64,000 bases of DNA from an uncultured delta proteobacterium (GTDB taxonomy: Bacteria > Desulfobacterota > Zymogenia > Zymogenales > Zymogenaceae): the NCBI GenBank assembly GCA_963792965.1, contig CAWBYW010000009.1, positions 273,283 through 337,282 of the forward strand. Reading direction: 5' to 3'. Numbering within the stretch: position 1 is the stretch's first letter; the number at the start of each line of letters is the position of its first letter. The translations under genes were made by a program, and so were the position numbers. This document shows positions 62,485 through 64,000 of this stretch, piece after piece. The notes under the pieces were generated by a model, which was not told the DNA's origin, did no database searches, and saw only the letters and a program-made list of their open reading frames with translations.

Positions 62485-63482
62485 ATGATATCAGAAAACG
62501 AGATAATCCAGAAGGCGCATGAGCTCGATTTCGAGGACGTCGGCTATACGACCGCAGAGCCCTTCGAGTTCCAGCGCGAGGTCCTCGAAAGGCGAAGGGA
62601 CGGCTACGCCCCCCTGATCGCGCTGGGGCTTGACCTGGTCGCTGGCGTCGACCCGAAAAATTCCCTCCCCGGCGCAAGATCCATCATCGTGTTGATGGAA
62701 AACTATTTCAGGCGCTCCTTTCCCCGGGCGCTGGAGGGTACGTTCGGTCGCTGTTATCTTGACGACGACCGGATGACCAAGGACGCCCTCGCGCCGCGGA
62801 TCAAGGCCTTTCGGGGGTACCTGAGGGATAACGGGATCGACTCGAAGGTTCCCTTCAACCTCTCCCAGCGCCTGTCGGCCGCCCGCGCGGGGATGGGCGA
62901 CTTCGGCAAGAACTGCTTCTTCTACTCAAACAAAGTCGCCCGTAAAAGCTCCTGGGTGCTCCCCATCGCAGTCGTTGTGGACAAGGAATTTGAGCCCGCC
63001 GAGCCCACCTACGGGGTCGGATGCCCCGAATGGTGCAGGAGCGCGTGCATCGCCGCCTGCCCCACAAAGGCGATTAAAGGCCCCCAGGAGATGGACCCCC
63101 GCCGCTGCATATCGTATCTTACCTATTACGGACAGGGGCTGACGCCGAAAGATCTGCGCGAGCCGATGGGGACATGGGTCTACGGGTGCGACGTCTGCCA
63201 GAACGTGTGCCCCCGCAACCGCGCCTGGCTCGCCCAGGAGCTGCCGCCCAACGAGCGCGCGGCGGCAAAGGCCGAGCATTTTGAGCTGCCGCGCCTCCTC
63301 CACATGGACCTTGCCTACTACCAGACCAAGGTATGGCCGCACATGTTCTATATACCGGGTGATCAGACCTGGCGCTGGAAAATGAACGCCGCCCGGTCCA
63401 TGGGCAACAGCCTCGACCCGAAGTATATCGGGGATCTTTCGCGCGCATTTAGCGAGAACAACGACGAGCGCGTCAGGGGCAT
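62485..63482 (+). CDS. Epoxyqueuosine reductase (QueG)-like 4Fe-4S protein, truncated at an apparent junction
   Basis: AARAG.G.FGKN, CPEWC...CI.ACPT, RCISYLT, YGCDVCQ.VCP; HEAT-like region breaks off after DERVRG. Confidence 0.8.
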
Positions 63483-64000
63483 TTCTCCCAGTCGCGCTTG
63501 TGCCGGTACAGTTCGCCGAGTTGTTCAATCATCGCGATCTTATGGAAAAGCGCCGCGTTCTCCAGATGGGCCTCCAGCACCTTAAGGCCTCGTCAATCTT
63601 CCCCCGCGCCATCAGGTAACCCGCCCAGGCCCGCGCCGCAGCCGTCCGGGCGAACGGCCCGTGGTCCGCCTGGAGGAGTTCCTGGTACATCTCCCGCGCC
63701 TTGTCCACTTGGCCCTGTCGTTGCAGGAATCCGGCCTGCTGAAGGCGGAGGCGGGGATCTGCGGGGCGCGCCGCGAGGGCCTTGTCGAGGAGCTTCCGGG
63801 CTTCGTCAAACTGGCCCATCGAGTCCAGCATGCCGGACCACGTGCCGTACAGTACGGCGCGGACCTCCGTGGGGGTGAGCGGGATCAGGAAGCCGTTGGG
63901 CTTCAGGTCGCTTTCCTGAAACCGTATTGCCCCAGGATATTCACCCGCTCCAGCAGTTTGCCCTGATGGGTCGTCTCGATGTACAGCGGCACGTCCGGGT
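63481..64000 (-). CDS. TPR-repeat protein fragment (partial at both ends, frameshifted), possibly with a transglutaminase-like/SirB1 N-terminal part
   Basis: GQFDEARKLLDKALA..P, GQVDKAREMYQELL, LGELYRH..DWEK TPR-like helices; YIETT motif near the window edge. Confidence 0.6.

Overview
GC-rich bacterial chromosomal segment, inferred from protein style and gene order to come from a deltaproteobacterial (Desulfobacterota-like) organism. The region ~27.5-61.3 kb (minus strand) is the core transcription/translation supercluster: tRNA Thr-Tyr-Gly-Thr, tuf, rpmG, tRNA-Trp, secE, nusG, rplKAJL, rpoBC, rpsLG, fusA, tuf, then the S10, spc and alpha operons to rplQ. The left 27 kb holds a LarA-like gene end, two tandem paralogous secreted beta-barrel-like genes, radC-rsmB-fmt-def-priA, two Crp/Fnr genes, map, TetR/DUF6125, rpe, tRNA-Pro, a small accessory block (RidA, V4R, HtrA, GGT, cupin), coaE-pgeF-rluD and an MFP-RND-EcfA-Zn-finger run. 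Many genes, including essential ones (def, fmt, rplJ, nusG), carry single-base indels, most likely long-read errors rather than pseudogenes. The last ~520 bp look like a chimeric junction. No CRISPR array, rRNA, integrase or transposase was seen, and no novel system can be established from sequence alone. The best leads are (i) the tandem variable surface-protein family with an invariant Pro/Ala tail, (ii) a switch-like structured RNA behind a perfect sigma70 promoter at 62.1-62.3 kb, (iii) large structured spacers at secE-nusG and rplL-rpoB, (iv) an RND pump translationally coupled to a lone ECF-type ATPase, and (v) fmt/def/map co-located around a shared divergent promoter with a Crp/Fnr gene. 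All base-pairings were found by eye, not computed.
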